A DNA stretch of 64,000 nt from Octopus sinensis (lineage: Eukaryota): assembly GCF_006345805.1 (NCBI RefSeq), contig NC_043005.1, forward strand, positions 65,906,001-65,970,000. The letters run 5' to 3'. Position numbers and translations under genes: made by a program. This document shows positions 50,623 to 64,000 of the stretch, one piece after another (within the stretch, counting starts at the first letter, position 1; each line of letters starts with the position of its first letter). The notes beneath the pieces are model-generated. The model had not been told where the DNA came from and made no database searches. It saw only the letters and a program-made list of their open reading frames with translations.

Positions 50623-53600
50623 GTAAGTTAACTTTTTTCCTGTGTATTTTTATATTCTGGAATGTTGTGTCATTCAGCTTTTGTCAATATTGGATATCCC
50701 GTACTAGATTTTGTTTTCCACGTTATTAACTTGGTTGATTTTTCATTTTCAACTTATATACATAATCATTGAAAAGAAATTGTGGCATTTTAAATAACAA
50801 TTATGAGAAGAAAAAAAAAACCGTAAATGTAATTCCTATAGTATATAGCGCTAAGAAAAGTTAAGAAAAACAGCTGATGCAATAAATTATTTCTGTTTCA
50901 AAATGAATATTACTGCAAATCTTAAATCACATATTTATAAATATCCGTGTTTTTTGTGTGCATGTGCGTGTATGTTGATATTGTGATATAATTCTTGGAG
51001 TATTTGGGAGAAAATAATATTCTGTAACCCGTTCAGTTGGTTGAAGCAATTGAAGACATTTATATACTTGTTCAAATTCATCCTTTTTGAATTAAACTTA
51101 TCTTTGGATTTGAGCCAAGCGCTGTACAACAACACAACAAAATACTTGTCAGTTACACAATACATATTCTTGTTATAACATCCAGTTAATGCTATAGATG
51201 GTCTTTTGGAATTTCATTGTGAGATACACACTGAAGAACCAATAACAGATTATAAATCACGAACACATTGACTACTGTTCTGTCATTTTATTAACTTCCA
51301 AGGTGCAAAACGTTTTGGAAAATTTTTGCTCTAAAAATCCACTTCAAAAAGATTTAAATATAATACAAATATGTTAATAAGAAAATTATGCAAATTATTT
51401 TCACGATATCAATTATAATTCACATATTTATGAATGATTATATAAAATTCTTCATATTTTGCTTGCATTTTTTATATATTTTTCTCTTGTACATTTTTTC
51501 TTATACATTTCAATATTTGCCTTGAAGTTTTATAATTTTGAGGTGTTTTTGCCACACTCACCACACTCACATACACTCATGTATGTGTGTGTGTATATGT
51601 GTTTTTATATATGAATGCATACATATTTGTATGTATGTGTGTATATATACATATATACACATTATATATATACTTATACATGCATACATACAGTATGAGA
51701 GAATAACAGGAAGCAAGTTGTTAGTATTTTGTTATTTTCCATGGACATTACACTCACTTCAGCAATTGATAATCAAGATTGATGAATAATCACAAATTAT
51801 ATATTAAAACTGAATTTGAGCACAAGGCTAGCAATTTTGGGGAAGGGGTTAAATCAATTACACCAACCTTGGTGTTCAACTGTTGCTAATTTTGTCGACT
51901 CCAAAAAGATGGAAGGCAAAGTTGACCTCCACAAAATTTGAACTCAGAACCTAAAGATGAACAAAATGTTGCTAAACATTTTACTCAGCATGCTAATGAT
52001 TCGGCCAGATTGCTACCCAATCACAAATTATATATATTTGTGATTAGGCAGCAAAATTATATTTGATCAGATCAATCATGGATCTTGATTATCAGTTGCT
52101 GAAGCAAGAGTAATGTATAAACAAATTACCTACAACTTGCTTCTTGTTATTCTCCCATGCTACATGTGCTGTTCACACTATACATTACCCTCATATTGTA
52201 TGCATGTTCCTCTGGATCACACAGCAGATGGAGTTTAATGTTTAATGTGGATACTATCCAGAGCCATAACCTTAAATGGTAATTTGTTGCACACCTAGCA
52301 CATCTATTTATCTATTTCCACTTTCATATATATATATGTATATATTTCATCATCATTATCATCATTTAATGTCCATGTTCCATGCTGGCATGGGTTGGAT
52401 GGTTTGACTGGATCTGATGTGTCCAAGGACTGTATCATGTTCTAGTGTCTGTTTTGGCATAGTTTCTACAGCTGGATGACCTTCTTGATGCCAACCACTT
52501 TACAGCATTGATGGGGTGCTCTTTTTGTGCCACCTGCACTATAGAGGTTGCCATGCAGCTCACAGAACTACAGACCCTGATGGGTTGGGAGGTGGGGGAG
52601 CTTCATACTAGTGGATAAGGGCATTGAACTGTGAGAGGAGGGCAGTGCTGGTTCTTGTAGAGGATCTGCCTAGCTATTAACATCTTGTAGGGGAAGGGAA
52701 GAGAAAAAGAAAATTAACAGTAGGAGCTGCAATAGACAGATAATGGTGATGGCTTACAAAGGTGGTCCCACAAGGTGAGTTGATGAATTGGTTTGCAAAT
52801 TTTTACAGGAAGGAGAATGAAGGGATGATGAGGCAGATTGCCAAAATGGTTAAGATTGAAGGGTAGACGAGCAAGGAACTGTGAGTTTGGGGGAAGATAG
52901 AGAGATGCAGAAGAGAGTGGGTGGGTGGCGGGAAAAGCAACAAGAATGGTAAATATGATATGGCTGTCAAAAGATGGAGGACAAGAGAAAGAGAGAGAAA
53001 TAACAGTAGTGGTCTGCAGGAGCTGGGTGGTAGGAGAGGCAGACTTAAGGCGTGGGAGGATGGATGAGTGCAATATGTAACACTTCAAAAACCTAGTTTT
53101 GCTGATGAGGGCAGGTCTTTTCAAGAGCCATATATTGCCAGAGATCCCAGTCTTTTATCATCTCCTCCATCAGGCTCAGGGTCTTGAGGTCAACTTTAAT
53201 CACTTCACCCCATACCTTCCTGAGTCTCCTTCTGCAATTTCCAGCCACATTTAGCAATCAGCACTTCCCTATCTGGCTGTCTTCATTCATACCCATCATA
53301 TGTCCATACCAGCACAATCTTCTTTATTGCACACTACATCAGATTCCTGTAATGCCTAGTTTTTCACTCAGCATCTTTGTACTAATGCACACTCACATTG
53401 CACATCCAGCATATATATATATATATATACACAGTTGAAACACTCCTGTCACAACCTGGGACCTTGAAGACTGCTTTAATGCAAGAAAGTATACTAGTCC
53501 CTTAATATTTTATATTCAATAAGACTATCAATACTTCATTTCATTTCACTATATATATATTATTTATACTATATATTCTATATTCTACATTAATATTATA

Positions 53601-54721
53601 AAGAATATAAATAAAACATAAAATATAGTTGGAATTCCTTTGAATATTACATATCCCTCTATACACAATCATACAAACCCCTTTAAATATATATATTCAT
53701 TCTCTTCATCACAATCATTTTAATATTCACATTTCCATGCTAGCATAAGATGAAATTTGTTGAAGCAGGTTTTTCTACAGCTGGATGGCTTTCTTGTTGC
53801 CGTCCTTCACCTGTTTCTAGGCATTTCCATGAGAGCATGGTGACAGGGAAGGAGGATAAAAGTCACCAGCATTGCAATCCTTCCTTGCTCAAGCAACCTT
53901 ACCTATGATTTGAAGAGTAGCAAGATGTAGGTAGTGGAGGAACAGGGCGGGGTAATATTCAATATGTGCAAACCCAGTACTTTCCTCTCTGTTATGGGGT
54001 CTTGTGATGTAATGAGTAGAAGGGATGAGAAAATACAGGACAAGTACAACAATTAGGAGAATAAACGATTGTGGTGTGAGAGGGCATGGAATGGACAAGA
54101 GATGGATGCAGATGGGGATGCATGTCCAAAGGGTACAGAATAGGCAAAGCAAATGGATGGGGTGCATACACTATGCTTGCAGAGAAGATCGGTTGTTCTG
54201 CAACACCACGTACTACCAGTCAACTCCTTTGTCACATGTAATGTCTGAAGGTCAGTTTTCACCACCTTATCCAAAGTCTTCTTTGGTCTCCCTCCTGAAT
54301 ATGCTGAATATTATGGTAAAGCCTTCCCACTACCTCAAAATATATAAAAAGCTCTTTAATCAATGTAACATGTGCTACAACACATAGCAATGAAAAACAA
54401 TTGTCTCTTGCTGAATCTACTACAAACTTCTGTAAGAACTCTACTTTACTACAAAATGTAAAGAAACATTCTAATATGCATAAAATGTATCTAAACCAAA
54501 ACAGGTCTAAAAACTCTGGAGAATGACAAGCCATTTTCAAGATCTCAACAAAGATTATTTGTAAAGAACTAGATGAAAAGCAACTCTAGATTCAGAAATA
54601 AGCCTAGATTATTTTCCCTAGTAGTTAAACACAGTATTGAAAGGACAAATAATAGATTGAATACCCAAAACAGGACAGAGAATGCAACAAAACAAGGTAA
54701 AATAAACTATGATCAGAACAC

Positions 54722-55725
54722 AGTTCATCATCATCACCATTATCATCGTCGTCGTTTAATGTCCACTTTCCATGCTGGCATGGGTTGAATAGTTTGACTG
54801 AGGGTTGGCGAGCCAGAAGGCCACACCAGGCTCCAGTCCGATTTGGCAATGTTTCTACAGCTGAATGCCCTTCCTAACGCCAACCACTCTGAGAGTGTAT
54901 TGGGTGTTTTTTACAAGCCATCGGCACGAGGGCCAGTCAGGCAGTACTGGCATTGGTTACGCTCAAATGGTGCATTTTACATACCACCGGCATGGGTAAC
55001 AACCACACTCAAAAGGTGTTTTTTACATGCCATCAGCATGGGACCAGTCAGCTAGCACTGGCATCAACCACACCCCAATGGTCTTCACAAGTGCAGTTTA
55101 TTGCTCAATGATTGAAGGGTGCTCTTAAATGGGCTGGTTATGCTGCACTGGCATAGGCCACAGTTACAGTCCCACTTGGCTTGCCAGGTCTTCTCAAGCA
55201 CAGCATATCTCCAAAGGTCTTAGTCACTTGTCATTGCCTCGGTGAGGCCCAACAATTGTAGGTTGTGCTTCACCACCTCATCCCAGGTCTTCTTGGGTCT
55301 ACCTCTTCCACAGGTTCCCTCTACTGCTAGGGTGTGATACTTTTTCACCCAGCTATCCTCATCCATATGCAACACATGACCATACCAGCACAGTTGTCTA
55401 TCTTGCACACCACATCTGATGCTTCTTATGTCCAACTTTTCTCTCAGGATGTTTACACTCTGTCATGTATGCACACTGACATTACACATCCAGCAGAGCA
55501 TACTAGCTTCATTCTTTGCAAGCTTACGCATGTCCTCAGCAGTCACGGCCCATGTTTCACTGCCATGTAGCATGGCTGTTTGCACATATGCATCATACAG
55601 TCTGCCTCTTACTCTAAGTGAGAGGCCCTATGTCACTAGCAGAGGTAGGAGCTCTCTGAACTTTGCCCAGGCTATTCTTATTCTAGCAGCTACATTCTCA
55701 AAGCAATCGCCCCCGCTACTGACTT
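54722..55725 (-). mobile_element. RTE-type LINE 3' end, same family as 17.2 kb
   Basis: ORF 55220-55435 IRCGVQDRQLCWYGHV...GRGRPKKTWDEVV; same 3' UTR and (GAT)n tail. Confidence 0.88.
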
Positions 55726-55899
55726 GGTAACGGAAGCTTTTTTCCTAGAATGTGATGGGGGCTGTTTTCTGTACATTTTCAGTGTTCATTGCCCCTGAGC
55801 ATTTTCCACACATTCAGTAAAAGTCAACAAGAACAATTAATTTTTTTAATGTCAGGACAACAAATACTGGAAAAAGGTAAAACACAAGAGAAAACTTCC

Positions 55900-56290
55900 A
55901 AAACAATTGAATAAAAAAAACCTTAAAATTATAAATATATTGAAAAAAGAATTTATTTAATGATGAATTTCAACTTTTGGCAAGTGGGTTAAAATAGCAC
56001 CAACACAAACAATCAACTATCAAAAACTAAAGAAGGTTGTCCCAGAATTCTGTCAAAAATTATAATTGATTGTGGTTTTCATCAATAAAAATAGTGATGT
56101 AGATTAATCCCTGATAAGGAACAAACTAAAATTCACCCACTTCGTCAAAAAGAAGAAATACTTATCTAAACCAGTATTTCCTTTCCAAATTTCCACTCTT
56201 AAACATCTCCAAAACAATGATACAATAGTCATCAAACAAACATGTGATGCTATTGTCATAATGGATCTGAATATTAACTAGATTTACCTG
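55900..56290 (+). mobile_element. PLE N-terminal fragment
   Basis: LFNDEFQLLASGLK.AP and LKHLQNNDTIVIKQ...AIVIMD, matching PLE L.KGLNF.P and IVIK.ADKG...V.MD motifs. Confidence 0.6.
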
Positions 56291-57737
56291 AAGATCAGTT
56301 GAAGGATATAAACCTTTTACCTATCAAGACAACTTTTGTTGTCTTGAACCACTGGAAAGAAAAAAGAAGCAGCTGAAAAGAAACAGACACTGCTGACGCA
56401 TACAGAGAGAGATGGGGGAGGGGGAGAGAGAGAAGGACAGTGAGAAGAAAATGGAAATGGAAAGGACAAAGAGATGATAATTGAAGCTTGCAAATATGCA
56501 CAAAAGCAATTCATGTGTACTCATGAAGATATTTTTACAACAAATATTCTAACAGAGAAGAATACCCTGTAACAGAAATTTGAGCACGCTACATCTTTGA
56601 TTAATTTGTGCAGCAATGCAGTCATAAAAAAATGCACATAAAGCAAGGGAGTAGTGGTGAAACCATCTTGTTATACTTTCATAATAAAGAGAATTTAAAG
56701 GAATCTGGGAGCTAATTCTGAAGATAGTTTCCTGCAAGTACACAAGCACCATCTGTGTTGTATGTATGTCACATACTATGGTGTGTCAAATATATTTACA
56801 GATAAAATTACACACAACACATAGTTCACACGATCCAGTTTCAACTTTTTGTACAAAAGAAAAAAATTCAAGCTACCTCAAATTGCTACTCAATGTTTAG
56901 TTTCCCATTAGACAATACAAACTATGGTTGGGATTTGGGTTGAAAGAGACTATACAAGGACTATTTAAAGTGGTGTAGATGATCTTTTATCAATTTCACT
57001 ATTGCTTCTGATAAGACTGCATTGTTTACCCAAATCCACATCCATGAATCTGACATTCAAATTGGCCAACAAATGTGTATTATGCTTATGCTACAGAGCT
57101 ATTGTAGAGCACAATTAGTTGTTTAACAGCTGCATATCACATATCTTTTACTAACTGCAGTAAACTATAGTTTTACTGCTAAAATAGCAATCATTATACT
57201 TGGAACAGAATGACAGTATGGTATTGTTTTTTATGTGAACATGATTAAGGTTGCAGCAATTTGATCAACTTTAATCAGGATTATGATTAATTATATTTTG
57301 TTCTCTTGTTTTGCAAAAGGGGAGAAAAGTTTGGGTATAATTCTCATGGATATGAATAATAACAAAAACATATACAGATATACTATTATGCATACAAGAT
57401 ACTGCATCAGATCAATGATTTTGAAATATTTCAGTCACAAGAGTACAATACCAATAGTTATTGCAAACTGAAAAAGAACAGTACCGTTCTCTTCAAAATA
57501 CTCTACAAGAACAGAATGTTTTCAAGGCTCAATGAACCAAATGCATCATGACAACTTCCTTTGATATCTATAGCTTCCTTCCATTTTCTTTCATAAAGAA
57601 AACTCAAGTCTATGAAAGCCTTGATACTGTGGTTGCTTTTATAAATGAAGAAATTATCAACATATTGACAGTGAAACATTCATATTTAAACACATCAATT
57701 CCCATGATCGTGAAGATAATCAATACAATTATCCAAT

Positions 57738-57788
57738 TTAGTTCTTAGAGAATTCTAACTTTGGCGAAGCTCTTCCACCAACTTTCAC
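57738..57788 (-). CDS. Candidate terminal exon of an unidentified minus-strand gene
   Basis: Strong acceptor ctctttttccag; phase 0 reads VKVGGRASPKLEFSKN*; followed by about 1 kb of non-repetitive AT-rich sequence that looks like a 3' UTR. No homology recognised. Confidence 0.4.
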   Translation of the reverse strand: MKVGGRASPKLEFSKN

Positions 57789-58257
57789 CTGGAAAAAGAG
57801 ATACAATGTAATGCTTCTGGGAGATTTAAATTAGGCTAATTGGTTTTGCAATTGAACAATAATTTGAATTTACTTGAACACTTGACGGAAGGTGATATAT
57901 TTACAAAAGGTGAACATTATAAAAGTGTCACTGTGTTAAGAATTAAACTGAAACATTCAAACGCCTCGCTGTTATCATCCTTATGCAATTACAACTTGTA
58001 ATGTGAGTGGAGTTTGCTATGACAGCCAATAAATTTTAATGTTAGCCATTTAATAGATAGGTTAGTGTTCCTCAGCTGCTCAACACATGGACAATTCTAT
58101 GTTGCTCTATGAAGATCTACACTGGGTACCACAGCTAGCATAAGCGTTGAAGAAAGTCACAAACATTGTGTGCACTAAAATTTTCCAATTACTGAATTCA
58201 TTCATATAAATTTATATATATACACGTTTTTTATCCTGTTTTTTCATACCATCATAC

Positions 58258-58292
58258 TTCATCTTTATCATCATCAACGACAGCTACTGTTG
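58258..58292 (-). CDS. Candidate small internal exon of the same minus-strand gene
   Basis: cttgctttgctcag acceptor, GAA|gtatga donor, 35 bp, phase 1-0, TVAVVDDDKDE. Confidence 0.3.
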
Positions 58293-58879
58293 CTGAGCAA
58301 AGCAAGAGTAGGCACACTCATAATTTCTATGTGAATTAATATAGCAGGACTAAATTTAAATGTGTCATTTATTTTCCAGGTTGAACCCCATAGCTATTTG
58401 ATGTTTAAAAACTAGTTATATTGAAACTTTTTTCAGAATTCTTATTTTGTATTTCATGTAGGATGAATTATGTAAAATGTTAGTGAAAGAAATTTTGCTG
58501 TTTCTTGCAATACATACATCTAAAGCAATATTTTTTCAGGATCCCCAATTTATAATTTTGTGACATGGACCCCCCCCCCCACAAAAAAAAATGTTATAGG
58601 GATCCTTAGAGGCCACATGAACCTCAGTTGACGACCATTGCCTTAAATTGTCATCACATTAGACCAATATGAAAATTTTAAAACTATTTACAAATATGAA
58701 AGTCAATCATTTTGGAGATGAGTTGTTCTGTTAGTTTACCAAAAATTTGTTACTAGTTAGAGAGGGAAGACTTACTCCTAACACTATAGACCCATCTTGG
58801 TTAAAACAGCATCTGAATTGATATCAAAGGTGTTTCTTAATCTGCAGCATCATGTGATTGAATGCAAAGAAAAAATATT

Positions 58880-59365
58880 TGGGCAAAAGCATCAACTGGC
58901 ATCAGGAAATATTTATCCTACAAATCAATAGACATGAATCCAGCAGAATTTAGAAGTTTAGTTGGAACCCTTTAAGTCTACCACCACACTAATTTCAGCT
59001 AAAAAGCAGTCCCTAATAATGTTGGTGTAGTGAGGCTATGCCATAGCACACAACAAATGGTTAGCAAGTTTATGCCACATGTCGTCAAGATTACCACTTT
59101 CATTGGATGCACAAATAGAGAGGATGCAATTACACCCAGAATTTCACTCCTACTGACAGATATACCTCTCAATTTAGAAAAATTCAGTTTCCTGGACATC
59201 TAAGCTTTGCCATGTCAGTCAATAAATACCAAGAGCAAGCACTGATAGTTGCTGGACTACATCTTGAAGAGTACTGTGTAGCTAATGGCCAATTTTATGT
59301 AGGCTGCTCAAGAGTAAAAAAACCCATAATCTCTTTAAAATCATTGTCTATCCTCAGGTGCTGAC
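58880..59365 (+). mobile_element. Helitron RepHel helicase C-terminal fragment
   Basis: MPHVVKIT...EDA.TPRI, SFAMSVNKYQEQAL.VAGLHLEE.CV.NGQFYVGCSRV (PIF1-like motif). Confidence 0.85.
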
Positions 59366-59756
59366 ATTGACAATGTCCAGAATTGTCAAGGCTAAAATGA
59401 GTTCAAATCTAATACATGAGCTGTAGCTCATCACAACTCTTGATATAGTGTTTTTATCATTGCATGTATTGCTGTTCTACTATTTGGATGTGTGGGTTTC
59501 TGCTGAGCCTGGTTTCTGTGTGTTATGAGAAATATTTTATTTCCACATTTGCTTTACTTCCTGGCACTTCTGTTTTTAACTCATTTTCAAATTATTTTGA
59601 GAAGTAAAGAATATCAAGAGTAAAACATTAAGTAAATGTTTTCACACTTACTTAATCTTGTGTTCTTATTTAATTTTCTTAAATTAGGACAAAGGTCATT
59701 GACACAAATTATGAAATATACTATTGAGTGTTTACCTGTAGCACAATGCATTAGAC

Positions 59757-59925
59757 CAGTGCTTGGTAACCTTTTTTTCACTTGAGGCACACTTACATTC
59801 TTTTCAAAATTCAACGGCACACCTGAAATAAAAATATAGCTAAACGTATAAGGAGAAAACAATTATATTCAGGTTACACTGCGATACACCTAGCATCGTC
59901 TCATGGCACACCACGCGGAGCACTG
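59757..59925. mobile_element. hAT-type MITE with 8-bp TSD
   Basis: cattagac|cagtgct ... agcactg|cattagac. Confidence 0.85.
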
Positions 59926-60297
59926 CATTAGACACCAGAATGCTTAAAACTAAATTGGATAACAATTTCATTTCATACATAAAACATAACATTTTATCTA
60001 TCAGCAGGGTTTTAAAAAGCCATATATGCTTTGAGAACAATTCCTCACTGAGAATGAATTTATAGCTATTTTCCAGCCTGAGCAATGCTTTATATTCTGC
60101 TAGCGATTTTATCTTTTAAATTTTCTATGTTTTACATGTTTCAGTCATTGGACTGTGGCCATGCTGGGGCATTGCCTTGGAGAATTTTTAGTCATATGAA
60201 TCGACCCCAGTACTTTATTTTTTTTTAAAGCCTGATACTTAGTTTCTTGGACACTTGGTCTCTTTTTTACTAAATTGTTAAGGATGAGGACAAGCGT

Positions 60298-60332
<35 letters not shown>

Positions 60333-61134
60333 CACGTGCACACACATACACACACACACATACACACACACACACACTGGACTTCTTTCAGTATCTGTCT
60401 ACCAAATCCACTGATAAGGCTTTGACTATGTAAAGACACCTGTCCAAAGTGTCAACAGGACTGAATCCAGAGCTATGTGTACCACACAGCTATACCTGTG
60501 CCTATGTGTATGTATGTATGTAATTAACCTGAGGCTATCTCTGAACTGTAAGGTACCACAAAGTGACATGGGGTAAATAGTAAGTGAACTTTACAACCAC
60601 ACAAACATGCCTGTGTCTTATTTTTGAGTCATACGAGAAGCAACATAATTATCATAAAATATGAGGAGGAGCATTCTCAAAGTAACATAAAGGAAGGAAA
60701 TGGGATGAAAACCCTATTCATTTAGGGTCAATGAACACTTGTTATAAACTGTAAACAGAAAAGTGAAGACACTGATATCTGGAACAAAATGTGCATGCTA
60801 TGATAAGTTTGAGAAATGGTATCAGTTGTAACATATTGTGTTGGTAGAAAAGGCAAGAGAGGAAAGTAACCTGTGTGTGTGTGTGTGAGAGAGAGAGAGA
60901 CAGAGGAAGAAAAAAAGAAAGATGATTTTTTTGACTGAACTGAAATAAAAGGCTGTATTAGCCATTACTTTTTTTTCTAAGGATTCTGTTTAGAAAAAGA
61001 AATTGGGTTGTTGATTTGATTTAATGATGTATAAAACAACACTTTTCATGCAGTTATATTTATATTTGCTTACAAATATATAAACAATGTAGAATGTCAT
61101 CTCACATGCATAATTTATGGTTTTTCTTACTTAC

Positions 61135-61178
61135 TGCATCTGGAAGACGGGATGGTAACCATGACCTTTTCAGACATT
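61135..61178 (-). CDS. Candidate small internal exon of the same minus-strand gene
   Basis: ctaag acceptor (weak), GCA|gtaagt donor, 44 bp, phase 2-1, MSEKVMVTIPSSRC; phase matches the 58292 exon. Confidence 0.3.
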
Positions 61179-61328
61179 CTTAGATTAATGAGATTGTGCC
61201 ATTAATCTTTGATTAAAATAGAAGACACCTACCCAAGGTGTCATGCAATTGGATGAACTTGGAACTACATGGTCACTTTGTAACTACACAACCATATCTA
61301 AATCTTATTTTTCAAGTCCTTGAGAAAA

Positions 61329-61714
61329 TCTCTCTATATATAAAGCTGAAGTTGTCTGTGTATGGCAGATTTGGTAGCCTTCATCTAACACTATCTCCTC
61401 CGAGTCCCTGCGGCGCAAGTTGACCAAAATTGAGAGTATGATAGAAGAAGGCTTGCTCTTCCTTCCATAAAAGAAAAAAAATTCAAATCGGACCATGTTA
61501 ACACCAAAAATTATTTACATCAAAAAGGTGCTTTTGTTTCTATGAAAATCCCTATTTTTTACGATTTTTTGACTGCTGTGTCACCATTTTTCGGGGTATT
61601 TCAACCAGAAAAATGTTCACTTAAAGCAACATAATGCAAAATTTTTACTTTTCAAAAATTCCAATTCTAAAGGGTGGAAACAAAAACCTGAGCAACGCCG
61701 GATGATACTACTAG
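61329..61714 (+). mobile_element. Non-autonomous Helitron
   Basis: A|TC...tctatatataaag 5' end; GC-rich gagcaacgccgg then CTAG|T 3' end. Confidence 0.75.
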
Positions 61715-62301
61715 TATAAGAATAATTTTGAGTATATTCATACATAGTAACACAAGAAATATTGAGAGATCTTATTCAAAGTTTATTCTAAAGGCAAACA
61801 CAAGCAGTCAAAATGTAGTTATGTGGGACATAACTAATAGTGATGTGGAACAGAAAGGAAAATAATATTGTAGTTGGGGAGAATTGGGTCAGGGTTAACT
61901 TTGCATCTGATATGAATATTTCATTTAATATTAATGATAAAGAGAATATTTATGGCCAACTGCTTTAAAACCGACAGCTTCTGCACCCAGGCAATAAATT
62001 GTTTACATACTCTTGGTTATATTAGTAAGTGTTATTGTCTGTGCTGTTGGGGTTTTAGGCAAAGAAGGTGACCATCTAACTCAAATTCTGCAAATCCAAT
62101 CTGTGTGTAGAACAACGAAAATATGCAACACTTTTCTGAAATTCAAAATGTAACTATTTACTATTATTGCTTTTATCTACATCCCAATTATTAAACTTTA
62201 TTTCTTAGAGACTACCCATATAGGAAGAATTCAATGATGATTAACAAAACAAAGGATGCGCTTTATCTCTCTCTCTTTCTCTCTTTCCCTCTCTTGCTAT
62301 C

Positions 62302-62350
<49 letters not shown>

Positions 62351-62712
62351 TGATAGAAATGGTAAGACAACAAAAGAATGAAAGAGACCTCGATATTATG
62401 TAAATAGAGGAATTTCTCTGTAAATGTAATATGTGACAATTATTCGGTAGCCATGATAAAACTCCGAGTTTCGGATGTTGGGGTGGAAATCCACGCTGCC
62501 ATCTGAACACAAGAAATATTGATAGAAGATTTTATTCAAAGTTTATTCTAAAGGCAAACACAAGCAGTCTAATGTAGTTATGTGGGACATAACCAATAGC
62601 CATGTGGAACAGAAAGGAAAATAATATTATTTTTACATGTTTCAGTCATTGGACTGTGGCCATACTGGGGTACTGCCTTGGAGAATTCCTGTTCACAGTT
62701 TATAACAAACAA

Positions 62713-62771
62713 ATAACTGAAGAGATGGCGGCATGGATTTCCACCCCGACATCCGAAACTCAGAGTTTTAT
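62713..62771 (+). ncRNA. Type I hammerhead ribozyme motif with intact catalytic core
   Basis: Stem I ataa/ttat, CUGAAGA, extended stem II (gatg/catc, cgg/ccg, tgga/tcca) with one extra C, GAAA, stem III ACUC-a-GAGU, GUU triplet. Confidence 0.7.
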
Positions 62772-64000
62772 CATGGCTACTGAATAATTGTCACATATTA
62801 CATTTACAGAAATATATATATTAGGTTGGAACAAAAGTGCATACTGTTTTTTAACTGGTAGCATTTAAACATATGATTTGGTTTCTCACATGACAAGCAC
62901 ATGATGTATAGATATTTTCCGAAAGGGGACATTTCAACACATCTTTCTATATGATTACTGTGTGGATAGTTTGTTTCTACTGTTTTTAAGTTAAAAGTGA
63001 AAGTTGATGAAAATGAGATGCATCTTAGCCATTTGGTGCTCTTTTATTTCTGAAAGGGAAAAAAAAACACTGTACAAAAATGGCAAAAACAAATGTGCAG
63101 TTTATGGAGATGGTGGTGCATGGCTCAATGGTTAGAATGTCAGGCTCACAATCATGAGGTAGTGAGTTCGATTCATGCACCGGGTTGTGTGTTGTGTTCT
63201 TGAGCAAGACATTTTATTTCACATTGCTCCAGTTCACTCAGTTGTAGAAATGAGTTGCAACATGGTTTCGGCCTTTGCCTTTCCCTTGGATAACAACAGT
63301 AGCATGGAGATGGGAGGCCGATATGCATGGGTGCCTGGTGGTCTTCCATAAACAACCTTGCCCAGACTTGTACATTGGAGGGTAACTTTCTAGGTGCAAT
63401 CTCATGGTCATTCATGGCCGAAGGGGGTCTTTACCCTTTACCCATTTAAGCTTGTCATAGCTGAGAAGACTGTTCGTAAGTAATTTACTAGGTGAGGTGT
63501 CAAAATTTTGATTTGGAAGATCATGAACATTCCAGCAGGCCTCCTGTCACAAGTGACAACCCAATCAAAATGCTAATAAAAAATAATCCCAGTTACATGA
63601 CTTGAGACATTACAGAAATACTTTACATGTCTCACGAGTGTTATAAAACACTTGAATGTGTGGATCATTATGGTGTTTGGGTACCTCATTATTTAAAAGG
63701 AAAATATTTAATGGATGATATTAATGAACTAGCTTATAATCACTCCAAATACTAGTCAGTATTTGGAGAAGATGATTCTTTGTAACTGATGGGATCAGAA
63801 GGACATGGTGTATTATAAGCTCCTACAATGTCAAACATTGAATTCAGATAATTATTGTTCCCATTTAAGCTAATTAAAGAAGGCAATTGTTTTCCTTCAG
63901 GATAACACTTCATCTCATGTTCTCTTGTAGACTCAGCAGAAATTAGTGCAACTTAGCTTAGATGTTGTATCATACCTACAGTGCTCACCTGACCTTGCAC

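Noticed and set aside
53101-53130. CTGATGAG motif; similar hits near 37170, 43965 and 50521
   Set aside because: No matching GAAA or flanking helices.

Overview
Repeat-dominated animal genomic DNA, most likely octopus (inferred from the SINE families and the very long TA/TATG microsatellites). Little of it is host coding sequence. One + strand exon of MBTPS2 (site-2 protease) lies at 2494-2692, before a 100-N gap at 5936-6035. Four in-phase + strand exons of SYAP1 (BSD domain) lie between 23605 and 50622. A tentative, phase-consistent chain of small minus-strand exons at 57.7-64 kb may be the 3' end of an unidentified gene. The rest is transposon debris: CR1/L2-type and RTE LINEs, several Penelope-like elements (PLEs), mariners, Helitrons, MITEs, and at least four tRNA-headed SINE families. 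The most interesting signal is three separate families of minimal type I hammerhead-ribozyme motifs. One sits inside a SINE-like element built as tRNA head + (AAT)n + hammerhead tail (three copies at 27.0-28.0 kb). One has an intact core (62713-62771). One has a variant CUGUGGA core next to a PLE remnant (38628-38663). All calls come from manual reading; no searches or folding programs were run. Nearly all long ORFs in the supplied track are microsatellite artefacts.
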